A stretch of DNA of 64,000 nt from Octopus bimaculoides. Lineage: Eukaryota. The DNA lies in assembly GCF_001194135.2 (NCBI RefSeq), contig NC_068981.1, positions 120,194,214 to 120,258,213 on the forward strand, in the 5' to 3' direction. The notes under the pieces were generated by a model. That model worked only from the letters and a program-made list of their open reading frames with translations. It ran no database searches and was not told the origin of the DNA. Positions within the stretch are counted from its first letter, which is position 1, and the number at the start of each line of letters is the position of its first letter. The translations under genes and the position numbers were made by a program. Below, piece after piece: positions 25,596 through 39,780 of this stretch.

Positions 25596-27835
25596 GAGCA
25601 CCCAGAGAGTGCAAACTTCTGCCAAGGTAACACCAATGTCCTCTCAATGATTAGCCGGAGATGATTTTTAAAATGAGAATATCTGAAATAAACTTGACTG
25701 CTCTCAAAAATTAAGTAAAAAAACTGGAAAAATAATCCAGAATCCTTGTCTGGTATCCTATCAATCCCAAAATCTAATTAGTTTGTGCCAGTCTCGAGGC
25801 CAAATATCTCTGAAAGTTTCATCTGAATCCATCCAGCAGTTCTTGAGACATCTTGTCCATGGACAAACAAACAAGCAAACAAACGCGACTGAAAACAATA
25901 CCTTTGTCTTTGCTAAGGCAGAGGTAATAATAATGTAAATGTGATAAAAGCATTATGTATAAATCTTCCAGAATTTTCCAGTTAAAAACTTCTACTTATA
26001 AATAACCTTGTCATTCTTTTCTCTTCAGAAAATTTTACAAGAAGTTTTGCTGCACAAAGAGTAATTGAGCCTAGAGGTCCTTTTGTGAGTATTACTCTTC
26101 TAAAAGTGATTTTATTTAAAAATATTTTTTAAATTCTGTTTACAAAATAATATTCTTTAAGACAAATATACTTGATTGGGAATGCAATGTTAGCTTCTAA
26201 GAAAGGTTAAACACAAATGAACTGAGAGAGTTGCTAGGCATCAAATTTGGGTTAGAAATTAGTATCCTGACATGAATATTTTATGCTAATACATATCACG
26301 TATTGTGTAATGAATGGTTGGTAGCTGTTGAAGTACATCTGAAAAGATTTGGTAAAGGAGAAATAGTCAGACTGAATTTTTCAGTATTGGCCAACCTCTC
26401 CTTCATTGGACACTAAACTTGGCTTGCGAAGACCTGTTGGGGCAAGTGAAATCGAAATCGAAATCATGATGGCACCTGTACCAGTGGAGCGCTAACAGCA
26501 CTGTCCGAACGTAATCATTGCCAGAGCAGCTGTCTGGCTTCCGTGCCAGTGGCACGTAAATAGCATCATTTGAGCGTGATCATTACCAGCGTCGCCTTAC
26601 TGGCACGTGAAAAAACATTCAAGCTAGGTCATTGCCAGTGCCGCTGGACTGGCTCCTGTGCAGGTGGCACGTAAAATACACCATTTTGAGCATGGCCGTT
26701 GCCAGTACCGGAGTGATTGGCATTAGGAAGCATCCAGCTGTAGAAACTCTGCCTAATCAGATATGAGCCTGGTGTAGCCATCTGGTTCGCCAGTCCTCAG
26801 TCAAATCGTCCAACCCATGCTAACATGGAAGGCGGACGTTAAACGATGATGATGGTCTACACTGATAAAACGACTCATGATATAAACATCTGAAAAGGTG
26901 TATGGCAGACTTGTCTTGCTCATACTTATACAGAAAACAGATACCTAACCGATATAAAGTTTTCTTGTGGCTCATTTTCTCCATGAATTATCCATATCAT
27001 AATTCTTATTGAAATACTGGTATTTTAGAATAGATTTAAAAAAATAGAAATATTGGTTTCAAATCTTGGCACAGTAATTTCAGGGGAGGGGGTAATTTGA
27101 TTACATTGACCTCAGTGTTCAACCGGTACTTATTTTATTAATCCTGAAAGGATAAAAGGCAAAGTCAACCTTGGCAGAATGTGAAGACAGACAGAATGTT
27201 GCTAAACATTTTGCCAGGCGTGCTATTTTGTCTGAATTCTTGCACATTGATTCATTTAGATTAGTATTTTCATCTTGATTGTTATAGTTATAATGTTTCA
27301 ACCACTCTACCTACCAACCTTCTTAAGGCACCTGTTGTAGTTAGCAGTCATGGGATCTCAAGCTAGTTCTTTCATTAAATCCATGGGAATAGACTATTCT
27401 CATTCCATTGTATATACAAGGGATTCAAATTACATCTTTGGTGAGTTAACTTGGGATTCCTTAATGACAATATGACTTTCATATAATTAAGATATCTTTG
27501 GCCTAATGAGTGGCTAGCTGAGCACCCCTTGTTGAGTAAATTATTACATCAGAGGATCTGTAAGCTAGGAAACATATGTAGCCTGGATTTTACCTGGTTC
27601 ATAAGAAGCATCAGAAGCATCATAAGAAGCATCAGCTGTGGTGTGCAAGAGAGACGATTGCGCTGGTATAGACATGTGGCGAGAATGGACGAGGATAGCT
27701 GCGTGAAAAAGTGCCACACCCTAACAGTTGCGGGAACCCGTGGAAGAGGTAGGCCCAGGAAGACCTGGGCTGAGGTGGTGAGGCGATGTTAAACGACGAT
27801 GATGATGATGATGATGATGATATATGTAAAATATG

Positions 27836-27910
<75 letters not shown>

Positions 27911-28330
27911 ACCATAAAAAGTCAGGAGGCATCAGAAGTGAATATATTTATTTAACTTTAGAATTGTGGTCATTCCACAGGGATTGTTGGTGTAACCATG
28001 ATAATTTGGTGACCTGTTGAGCTAGCTTTATTTTCATTGATTTGTGAATATACAATTATATAGTATAATGCATAGCATGCATATTTATGCAAATATGCAA
28101 CCATAATTTATTCCATGTTATTGCTACTCAAAGAAGGCCTTAACCCTAAGGATGTCAAGTGGTCAAATAAATAAATTCACCTCTCATACCTCCTGGCTTT
28201 TTATAGTTTATATATACTCCTTATGAAATAATTTCATCGATTATTTCGTCTGGATTTCTGCTGCATGGACACTCCATATTGTGGTCTGTTAGTGGAGTCC
28301 ATTAGAGGAATTCTCTGTGAAGGCCAAATT

Positions 28331-28364
<34 letters not shown>

Positions 28365-28880
28365 AGTATTATTAATAACCACTGAGTGACTTAAAATGAC
28401 TCAAGAGGTGAGAGTTTTATGTACTGGTACTTTGGTAAGTGCTAATGCATGAAACTATCATCCGTTATGTGACTTAATCTGATTATTAATAATAATAATA
28501 ATAATAATAAAATATATANNNNNNNNNNNNNNNNNNNNNNNNNNNNNNNNNNNNNNNNNNNNNNNNNNNNNNNNNNNNNNNNNNNNNNNNNNNNNNNNNN
28601 NNNNNNNNNNNNNNNNNNNNNNNNNNNNNNNNNNNNNNNNNNNNNNNNNNNNNNNNNNNNNNNNNNNNNNNNNNNNNNNNNNNNNNNNNNNNNNNNNNNN
28701 NNNNNNNNNNNNNNNNNNNNNNNNNNNNNNNNNNNNNNNNNNNNNNNNNNNNNNNNNNNNNNNNNNNNNNNNNNNNNNNNNNNNNNNNNNNNNNNNNNNN
28801 NNNNNNNNNNNNNNNNNNNNNNNNNNNNNNNNNNNNNTATATATATATATATACATACATACATACATACATACATACAT

Positions 28881-28919
<39 letters not shown>

Positions 28920-31900
28920 CGCTCATATTTTTGGTTCTAGTTTTCTGTCCATGTCACCAAATCTCCCCCCCTCCCTCTCTCTATATATATATTGTTTTTT
29001 CTGAACCAGCTGTTGAACTTGCAATCCCTAGCTAAACTACTACAATTAACACTGAATCAACACATATTTTCTACGCCATTGTCTTACAGGACAGTTAAGT
29101 AATTAAGAGCTTTTAAAACTAACTTTTTATAGTTGTAGGATTAGTGTCCGTTATTAATTAAAATCTCTGTGGCAGGGAGCTGGCAGAATCATTAGCACAC
29201 CAGGTAAAATGCTTAGCGTTATTTCGTCTGCCACAATGTTCTGAGTTCAAATTCTGCTGAGGTTGACTTTGCCTTTCATCCTTTTGGGATCAATAAATTA
29301 AGTACCAGTGAATTACTGGGGTCAATGTGATCAACTGTCCCCCTCCCCACAAAATCCAAACCTTGTGTCTATAGTAGAAAGGATTAATTAAAAACTCTCA
29401 TATGGTGTTTATTTCTATGAGAGGCCTGTAGAAGAGGTAAATCTCTCAAATTAGTTTTAAAATGGAAAGGTGCTTTCACTGCACTACTGAACACAACTCT
29501 GTGTGCCTTGGGTATGTGCTGTGGTTTGTTGTGGTGCTCTTATTTTCACTGTATTGAAAGTGTTTTATGTAGGATGTGTATGGTGCCTAGTAGTGCTATT
29601 TTCTGTATGTTATATATACTTGTAAGTCCTGGTGTTTTTGTTACTTATTTGTTTGAATGTTTTTCTATCATACCTATTGGACCTGACATCCCTAAAAATG
29701 CATGGTCATGACTGTAATGTTGTTGATCATAGGGCTTCTAAATGAGAGCTTATCTGAGGGGGTGGTAAATGCCCCCACCACTACCACCAACAATAGTAAC
29801 AGAAACAATTAAATACAACACTAAGAGGTGAAATAGTTATTAGAAAGAATTTTAAGCTTTCAGGCAATTGTTACTTTTTGTTAGGTTTTAAACAAATGAC
29901 AATAAAATGTTTTAATTGAAAAATAAAGAGAATATGAAATGTCTGTTACAGGTTAATTCAGAATTTTACACTGGTTGGCTTGACCACTGGGGTGAGAAGC
30001 ATCATACAGTTGATGCTGACAAATTTGCGGATAGTCTTGACTTGCTGTTAAGATATGGTGCAAATGTCAATATGTAAGTAATTTATTTATCAACTTCACA
30101 TGTAAAGTAGTAGTAAGAGGTAAAGGTAAAGAAGAAAGATGGTAGAGATGGTATGCCAGACCAAACTCTCAAGGTAGGTAAGAATAAGAAAGGATATGAT
30201 CAGGGAATCAGGTGAGGGAAAAGGTTGTGGGTAGTTTCTTAAGAATGTGAGGCGTGTGTGTGTGTGTATACAAGGTTTTTTTTTAGGTCATTTAGAAAAA
30301 GATGCATAATTAATCAAAGAAAAGCTGTATTGGAAAACAAATTCATACAAATAATCTTGAGAATCCTTTTATGACAACTATTCAATGAATCCACCAATGG
30401 TTGCTTCAATATGGGGTTGGAGGCTTTCACATGCTCAAATCAGATGATCTTTATCAGTTTTGGTCCTAGTGCTAGTTAAAGTGGACTTGAGAGACTGTAT
30501 GGTGTTATGGAGGTGAAGATTGATCTCTCTCTCTCTCTCAATTACGTCCAGTGCTTGTGTCTGAGAGAACATGATCATGGAAATTGGCATGCATCCACAC
30601 TTGGGTTCACCTAGTTTTATGGGATGGTGCAGTCTTGTTGGAAGATGCATGTTCTTCTTTCATGTATTCTATCTCTTCAGTGCCTGACAACTCTCTCCAA
30701 CACCTCTGCGTAGATAGCAGTATTGACTCTTAAGTCCTGTGAAAAAAAATGAGGAAGTATGACATCTCCCTTATTGCTGATGACTCTCAGAACCATTACA
30801 GTTGCTGATAACTTAGTTTACATGACCTTCGAACATCATTTGGGTCTTTGCATAACCATCTATTGTTCCTTTGGTTTACTCTTTGATCCTAAATGAAGTT
30901 TTTTTCATCTGAGAAAAACCAATGCATTTCAACTTCTTGGTGTTTTAACTTGTTTAGCAGTTGGTTTGTATGGTTCAAATGATTCTCTCTTCTCACATCC
31001 AACATAAACTGACCTCTCTGCATCACTTATAACTTGTATTGGATGTCCTTATGTACAACTCTTCAGATGGTGCATTCTGAAACCTCGAGATGTTTTACAA
31101 TGGCTCTGATTGACTTTGTAAGTTTCTTTTTATCAATTATTTCTTGGACTTTTTGTACAGAATTGTGTTCTGATGGTACAGAATTCTGTGCATGTATTTT
31201 GCATTTAGCTGATGTTGAATTTCTGACAGCAGCTTTCAGCTCCTTTTCAACTTCGACAACAAAAAATTGGGCAATTTTCTGCAAACAAGCTATCTCTGTA
31301 TCACTATGGTGCACTTTTGAGGCAAAAATCACAGCGTGCTTTTTCATTTGCTAAGTCAACCTGATATCTAACATTATTTACCTGTAAAGTAAGATAAAGA
31401 AAATAAGTTGGAGCTCTTGAAAGAGGTGTGTGTGTGTGTGTGTGTGTGCATGTGTGTGCGTGTGTGTGTGTGTATGTGTACACACACACACACACAATGT
31501 AAGGTCAATAGATAGTAAAAAGAACATAGGAAGAACAAAATTTGGCAAATATGGCATTAATTTTATGTTTAAGAAGTTGAACTGAGTGTCATACCATTTC
31601 AGGCACTAGTTCTTCATTAGAAAGAAAAGATTAAAGAAAAGAGCTATAGATGGGGGGAAGGGGAGAAAAGCAGTGAGTGTATGAAAATAAAAATAAAATT
31701 TATTACAAAATTAAAATTATCGACACTACATACTTAATGTATGTGAGTTACTAAACACTACAAAGTTTGGTTATTTCATCTAAGAGAAGCTTCTTTAATG
31801 AAACATAGTGNNNNNNNNNNNNNNNNNNNNNNNNNNNNNNNNNNNNNNNNNNNNNNNNNNNNNNNNNNNNNNNNNNNNNNNNNNNNNNNNNNNNNNNNNN

Positions 31901-34900
31901 NNNNNNNNNNNNNNNNNNNNNNNNNNNNNNNNNNNNNNNNNNNNNNNNNNNNNNNNNNNNNNNNNNNNNNNNNNNNNNNNNNNNNNNNNNNNNNNNNNNN
32001 NNNNNNNNNNNNNNNNNNNNNNNNNNNNNNNNNNNNNNNNNNNNNNATATATATATATATAAGGGTCTCGCTTAGACAAAATACTACAGTTTTGTAGTGT
32101 TTAACAACACACATACATTAGGTATGTGATACTGATAATGGTTACACATGAAACATGGGCAGTGACTGCAGAGAACATGCATAGGCTTGAAAGAAATGAA
32201 GCTAGTATGCTCTGTTGGATGTGTAATGTCAGTGTGCATACACAACAGAGTGTAAGTGCCTTGAGAAAAAAGTTGGACATAAGAAGCATCAGTTGTGGTG
32301 TGCAAGAGTGATGACTGTGCTGGTATGGTCATGTGATGCGTATGGATGAGGACAACTGTGTGAAGAAGTGTCATACCCTAACAGTGGAAGGAACCTATGG
32401 AAGAGGTAGACCCAGGAAGACCTGGGATGAGGTGGTGAAGCATGACCTTCGAACATTGGGCCTCACAAGCGACTGAGCTCTGACAAGTGACTGAGATCTT
32501 TGGAGATATGCTGTGCTTGAGAACACCCAGCAAGCCAAGTGAGATCATAGTCGTGGCCAATGCCAGTGCTACATAACTAGCCTGTTTAAAAACACCCTTT
32601 AATCATCAGGAAATGTCGTGCTTGTGAAGACCTGTTGAACCGAGTGAAATTGTAGTTGTGGCCAATGCCTGTGCCACCTGACTGACACCTGTGCAAGTGA
32701 CATGTAAAAAGCACTATTTGAGCATGGCTAGTGCCAGTGCCGCCTGACTGGCATGTAGAAAGTACCATTCAAGCATGACTGATGCCAGTGCTGCCTGACT
32801 AGCTCCCGTGCCAGTGGCACATAAAAGCACCCACTACACTCTTGGAGTGGTTGGTGTTGGGAAGAGCATCCAGCTGTAGAAATGTTGTCAAATCAGATTG
32901 GAGCCTGGTGCAGCCTCCCAGCTTGCCAGTTCTCAGTCAAACCATCCAACCTATGCCAGCATAGAAAGCAGACATTAAATGATGAGATGATTATATATAT
33001 ATATAATTCATTCATTCATTTGCTCATTTATTGTTTGTTTTTCTATACTAGCAAATTTTAGTTAGGAGTATTTGAGACAGGATTTTACAGGTGGAAGCTG
33101 TTATTGTTGTTTCTTCTCTTAATTATTCCACATTCTCTGTATACTGCAGCAGCAATGGCATTCTTTTATATCTGTTTTTCCCTGTTGATATGGATTGTGT
33201 GATTGTTGTACCATCTTGTGTTCCCCTTCATCATCTGCAACACACAATAATAGGGAAAACTGGCCGTCATTGTTGCTATGTTATGTTTTAAATTTTAGTC
33301 CAAGAAGATGCAGCACTCAAGACCATTAAAGATATTCTCAGTTTTGCTGAGACAGAAGCAGCTGCTGCTCAGTTTGAACTGCAATAAGTTAATGTCTGTG
33401 AAGTAAAAATGAGTTGATGGGGACTTTCATAGAGGTGTGATACACTCTCTAAGAAAGAACTGAGTAAAGTGATTAGTACCAGGGTTTGTTAGGTGAGATA
33501 CAGTAGGGATAACAAAAAGAGCAGAGGTGGATACATTGAAAGATCTCTGGTGGAAAGTGTATGTAACTTGGCTTTGTTACTGTTTAGCCTTTGATCAACT
33601 CTAATTGAGCTGATGTAGAGAAAGAAATCCTTGTTCTTAATCCAATGTAGGATCAAGGACATTCCAGTCATGACCAGCATGTCATTTCAACCCTTTTGTT
33701 ATCAACTCACCTGATATCATCCTTAGTTTTATGAATCAAATTAATTCTTTTAAAATGATGTAAATTAAAATCCTTTCATCAAAATTTCAAGTTAATTTAT
33801 GTTCCTGAACTAGATAAGAATGAAATTATTTTTCTAATTTCATGAATATTTTCAAAATTAATTGAGACAATGGCAGAGAATTTTAACATTTTCATGGTAA
33901 CAAATGGATTAAAGGTATCTAGGGTTACATTATCTAACATATCCGTTCCATTTTTAAAACAATGGAGTATGATTTATTTAGTTGCTGTATTTGGCAGGTT
34001 AAACTAACACAGAAAGAATAACTCATTGTCATGTTTATAGGTTTATATTATAGGTTTATATTTAATTCCAGCTGATCTAAGCTATATCAGAAAATAAATA
34101 ATATGTGGCAAAATACTTTGTAACTCAATGTCTCTCCCATTCCTTCCGTTACTCCATCTCTTCATGCAGTAAAACTATCTGACTGTTTTTACATTTAAAT
34201 GTGATACTTTAAATGTGGAGACAGTCATCTTCTTGCAGCAATGTCACAGGCAGCATAATGGAGACATGCACAGTAATAAATAAGGTCAGGCACATCAATA
34301 AGGATTCCTAACATTAATTCATTTGATTGACTACTCTCCTTAAGAAATGAACATTAAACTGAAGGAGAAGGAGGTGATGGTGGTGGTGATGGTTTCGGCA
34401 GCAGCAGTTATAGATTTGAATCAAGTAAACTTATAAGAAGGAAGAAAGGCTGCTAGGCATTTTCTCCAATGCACTAATGATTTTGTCAGCTTGCTAAACT
34501 GCTGCCCTTGTGGCAAATTTTGAAACCATTATTAAGGTGGCAAGCTGGCAGAATCATTAGCATGCTGGATGAGTTGCTTAGTAGTATTTCACCTGTTGCT
34601 ATGTTCTGAGTTCAAGTTGCCTTTCATCCTTTTGGAGTCAATAAATTATGTACCAGTGAAACACTAAGGTTAATGTGATCAACTAGTCCTCTCCTGCTAA
34701 ATTTCAGGCCTTGCATCTTGTTCAGCACAGTAATGATTCAGCAAGCTCACTGCTTTAATAGTTATAATAATGCTTTCTACTACAGACATCAGGCCTGAAA
34801 TTTTATGGGGTGGGGTTGGTCAATTAAATCAACCCTGGTGCTCAACTGGTATGTACTTATTTCATTAACCTTAAATGGATGAAAGACAAAGTTTACCTTG

Positions 34901-37900
34901 GCAGAATTTGAATTCAGAACGTAAAATTAGACATATGTCACTAAGTATTTTGTCTCACATCTTAACAATTCTGCCATTATATTAATAATGATTACAAGAA
35001 AACTGCCTACCACTACAGAATTGGGATCTTAAAATCAAGGTGCCACATAAAAAGCATTGGTGTGGGTGCTGGTGCCATGTAAAAAGCACTGGTGATTGTG
35101 TCATGTAAACAGAACCCAGTACACTTTGTAGAGTGGTTGGCTTTAAGAAGGGCATCCAGCCATGGAAACCAAGCCAAAACAGATTATGGAACCTAATGTG
35201 ACCCCTGTTCTTGCCAGTTTCTGTCAAGCCATCCAACCCATGCCAGCTGGGAAAAATGGTCGTTAAATGTTGTTGATGATAATTATAGTAGTAATGATAA
35301 GAATTGTCCTGTAAGCTTATCAACAAAGATTAAAGATGAGAAAGTTCGGATTAAGATGATTTTATTGTTTTTCTAACAATTAGAATTCTTTCAAGCATTA
35401 TTCATATATTCCTCTAGGTACATGTTTGAAGGTGGGACCAACTTTGGATTTTGGAATGGTGAGTTTCCTAAATTTCCTTTATAATTCCAATAATATATAT
35501 CCACTATTCTCTACATATTACTCTTGCTCTTTTACCAATTTCAGTTCTAGACCTCTATATCATGTTTTCCTTTTTTGTATTTTGTATCAATCAGTCCCTT
35601 ATTGTATCACACTAAGCAAAAATGTTCAATACCTCTGCAAATCTTCATTTAACCCTGTGAACCTTGTGTATTAATTAGGAAGCACCTATCCTGTGTATCA
35701 CATGTGTGACACAGAACATATTTCTCGGGCATCCAGGTATCATATGTTATACACATTCCCAGTCTTTTCCACCTACCAGAATAACTCTGGACTTATGAAG
35801 GAAAGCTTTATATTTCTCAGAACATATGAAACAAAGGTTAATTAAATGTCTAAAAACAAGCATCGACATTTAAAATGAACTTATGAAAGTGCTTTGGACA
35901 GGTAAAAGGTTAAATGCAATTTGGTTTTTTTGGTTACAGAAACAGAATTTTTTTCTTAATGCTATAAGATATTGCAAATGTATATTACAAATGTTAGCTA
36001 TCTCAATCAGCCTTTAATGGCATAAAATTACACATTGCAGTAGAGAACATTTTTTGTTGTAATATAGTAAGTTTTAACTTTATATTTCTGACGCGACTCT
36101 ATCTATCTTTGTATCTTTCTCCCCCTCTCGTTCTTCCTTCTGTTGTTCTTTGCCTCTCCCCTTCACTACTATATCTCTCTCTCTCTTCCTCTCTGTCTCT
36201 CGTTGCTCACCTATATTCTACTTCCTCCCCTTTTTTTCTTCCGGCTTCTGCCTCCTTTCTTATCTTGGCTACTGCCAAGCCAACACGAACTTCTTCTCTC
36301 TCCCTTCCAGTTCATCTCATCACAGCGTTCAGTATACATATATATTTTTTCACGTCTGGCTCTATTAGCCCTTCTTGCTTATTTTCACTGTTTCATTTTC
36401 CTGTCATGTTTTCTGTTCGCCACAATATTCCTCCGCACTACAAATTTAATTTGTTTCCATGGGAAGAGCCATTCTAACAATGCGTCCTGCCCTAACTCTT
36501 TGAAACGCTTAGTTTTAGAATGGTGGCAGCTGATGAAGGAAATGTTCTCTATGTGGCCTGTGTGTTTTCTGTACTTTGTTTATCATTTTGTCCACGTTTT
36601 TTTTTTGTGATGTCCTGTACCTAGATATGCATCTATATATACATGTAGATGTAGGTATGTACATACATGTACTTATATATGCATATACTCACATATTATT
36701 TGTATTATATATCTTTTTAGCTCTATTCTTTTCCAGTTTAGTGGGTTATAGCAACTTGAGAAAAGGAGTGGCTATAACAATTGAAGTAGTGCAATCTTGA
36801 CTGAGGCGTGTCGTATTCAGCTTTAGTGCAATTAGAAAACAACACATACTCCCCCTCTCTCTCTCTATGTTTGAAAATATGAACTTGCCATCTTTGTACA
36901 AACTTACTGTAAAAACCCATGTAAATTGTGCACCTGTGTAATTTACGAAGGTGATTTTCAGGATAAAAGTTGTTAAAAAAAGCTTCTACTCATGTAGAAT
37001 TAGCATCCAAAAGTTTACAGAATTGCTGATATGGCCAGGGGGAAAAGGCTTTCAGTTTAGTTGTATTTAGCATAATTTCACTTACTTATGGTTAGATTTT
37101 ATTAAATTTTCATTAAATAAAAATAATTTCTGTTGAACAGGTATCACATTAAAAGCTATTAAATTATGAAGTGTTTGTGTTGTCTATGTAAATAAAATCG
37201 GTTTTATGAGACTGACACATGTCAGTCCAGTTTACTCATTTGGTATACCCTCCATCTCCTCCCTTATGAGACTGACAGTGGCAGTCTGCTTTAGCCATAT
37301 CCTGCTATGTCATTCTCTGTATACCCTCCTCCTCCCTCGATGTTAACATTCCAATAATAAAAATAAATGAAAAATATGATGCTGATTGTGTGTGTGTTTG
37401 TGTGCATGTAACTGTATGAGACTGTATGTTTATGTGTGTTTGTGTGTGTACATGTAACTGTATGAGATTGTGTGTTTGTATGTATATGTAACTGTATGAG
37501 ACTGTGTGTGTTTGTGTGCACACACACACATGTACTTGTATGAGACTGTGTGTTTGTGTGTCTCCACATAACCTGAAATAACCAAAATATTATTTTACAA
37601 ATTGTGAGCATGTATATATGATATAATGAAAGAAATTGTTGATACAGTGCTCAGGTGCACTACAACTACTACAATTTTAAAAAAACAACGCTTTCAGGTG
37701 TACTGTTGGTGGAATTCAGGAAACATGGATGTTTTAAAGGTTGTAGTGTCTCGACAGCTAACAAATGATGCAGGTAGTTTATTCCATGCTTCAGCAATTA
37801 TGAGCATGAAAAAATGTTTCTGAAAGTCATGGGTGCAGTGTTGCTTTTTGATTTTAGAAGCATGTCCGCGAGTGTTTGTCATATGGAATTCAAAAAGGTG

Positions 37901-39700
37901 TCCAATGTTGTTGTTGGAAAGATGGTGGATAATCTTGTTTATAATAAACTTTATTTTACTTTCTTGTCCACAAGAGATTATGTCCACTCTCTAGCATACT
38001 GCTGTATGTCTTCTCAAACCATGATCACAGGAAAAGTTGTTAAGAATTATCAACAAAAACAAAGCTGATAAATATGCACAGGTGTTGCAAATTAAGTTTA
38101 ATTACCAATAAACATCAACTTGGATGACACTTTACTCAACCGAGTAAAATATGTAAAATATGGCCTGGACTGTGATTACCAGCATGTACGTTAGACTTCA
38201 AAAAGTAGTTAACCATTTAATGGTTTTAGTAAATTTATACAGAAAAAGTAAGCATTATACCGTCCAACATAAATAAAAGCCAACTTCATTAAATTTAAGC
38301 CTATTAAATGAGTCAAATTCCAGTGCGAATATTTACGTTTTGTATGTCTTTTTGCAACAACAAAAATTTCTCAAAAAATTCTGCAAACTATCTACTCATG
38401 TAATTTATCACATAGCTCTTTAAACCGTTAGCATATCAACCAGCCACACCAAGCCCAAATATTCTACCTATTTTATGTTCAAACCAGCCAGATCTGGCCT
38501 GTTACACCTATACCTACTATGTCATTCTCAAAATAATCACATCATTGAAATCCTGAAGCTACAAAATAATACATGATTAATTGAAAAAAATATATGAATA
38601 AATAAGCATTACATATTGCAGAGTAATCTGAATGCTAAAGGATTAATCCAGCAGGTATTTTTATTAAGATGTAGCTCCTTTGCATGCATAATGATCTGCA
38701 GGTAGTTTTGTGTGATTGTCCTACATCTTTTGATGAAATTGATGGCTTGTAGGGGAAGATTCTCGCTTTATGGATGGAATATAATCAGCAAGATTGAGTT
38801 AGATGAATTTGAATTGGTTTTGTTTTCAACACTTTTTGAACACATCAGCACTCAACACCATTAAGCTATATACATATGCATCATGCATGTACACACACAC
38901 ACACACACACATACATACACACAAACATGCATGTATGTATGTACATATTTATGAATGTACATAGTGTGTTTATATATGCATGTATGTATTTATGTATGTG
39001 TGCAAGTATATATATATATATGTATGAGTATATATATATATANNNNNNNNNNNNNNNNNNNNNNNNNNNNNNNNNNNNNNNNNNNNNNNNNNNNNNNNNN
39101 NNNNNNNNNNNNNNNNNNNNNNNNNNNNNNNNNNNNNNNNNNNNNNNNNNNNNNNNNNNNNNNNNNNNNNNNNNNNNNNNNNNNNNNNNNNNNNNNNNNN
39201 NNNNNNNNNNNNNNNNNNNNNNNNNNNNNNNNNNNNNNNNNNNNNNNNNNNNNNNNNNNNNNNNNNNNNNNNNNNNNNNNNNNNNNNNNNNNNNNNNNNN
39301 NNNNNNNNNNNNNNNNNNNNNNNNNNNNNNNNNNNNNNNNNNNNNNNNNNNNNNNNNNNNNNNNNNNNNNNNNNNNNNNNNNNNNNNNNNNNNNNNNNNN
39401 NNNNNNNNNNNNNNNNNNNNNNNNNNNNNNNNNNNNNNNNNNNNNNNNNNNNNNNNNNNNNNNNNNNNNNNNNNNNNNNNNNNNNNNNNNNNNNNNNNNN
39501 NNNNNNNNNNNNNNNNNNNNNNNNNNNNNNNNNNNNNNNNNNNNNNNNNNNNNNNNNNNNNNNNNNNNNNNNNNNNNNNNNNNNNNNNNNNNNNNNNNNN
39601 NNNNNNNNNNNNNNNNNNNNNNNNNNNNNNNNNNNNNNNNNNNNNNNNNNTATATATGTATATATATATATGTATATATATATATGTATATATATATATG

Positions 39701-39780
<80 letters not shown>

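Noticed and set aside
28430-28480. GTGC-TAAT-GCAT-GAAAC hairpin resembling a hammerhead 3' half
   Set aside because: No upstream CUGANGA core; not supportable without a family consensus.
36490-36560. Hammerhead in the unclassified 36065-36800 repeat (GAAAC at 36502, CTGATGA at 36530)
   Set aside because: Stems II and III could not be paired in any topology.
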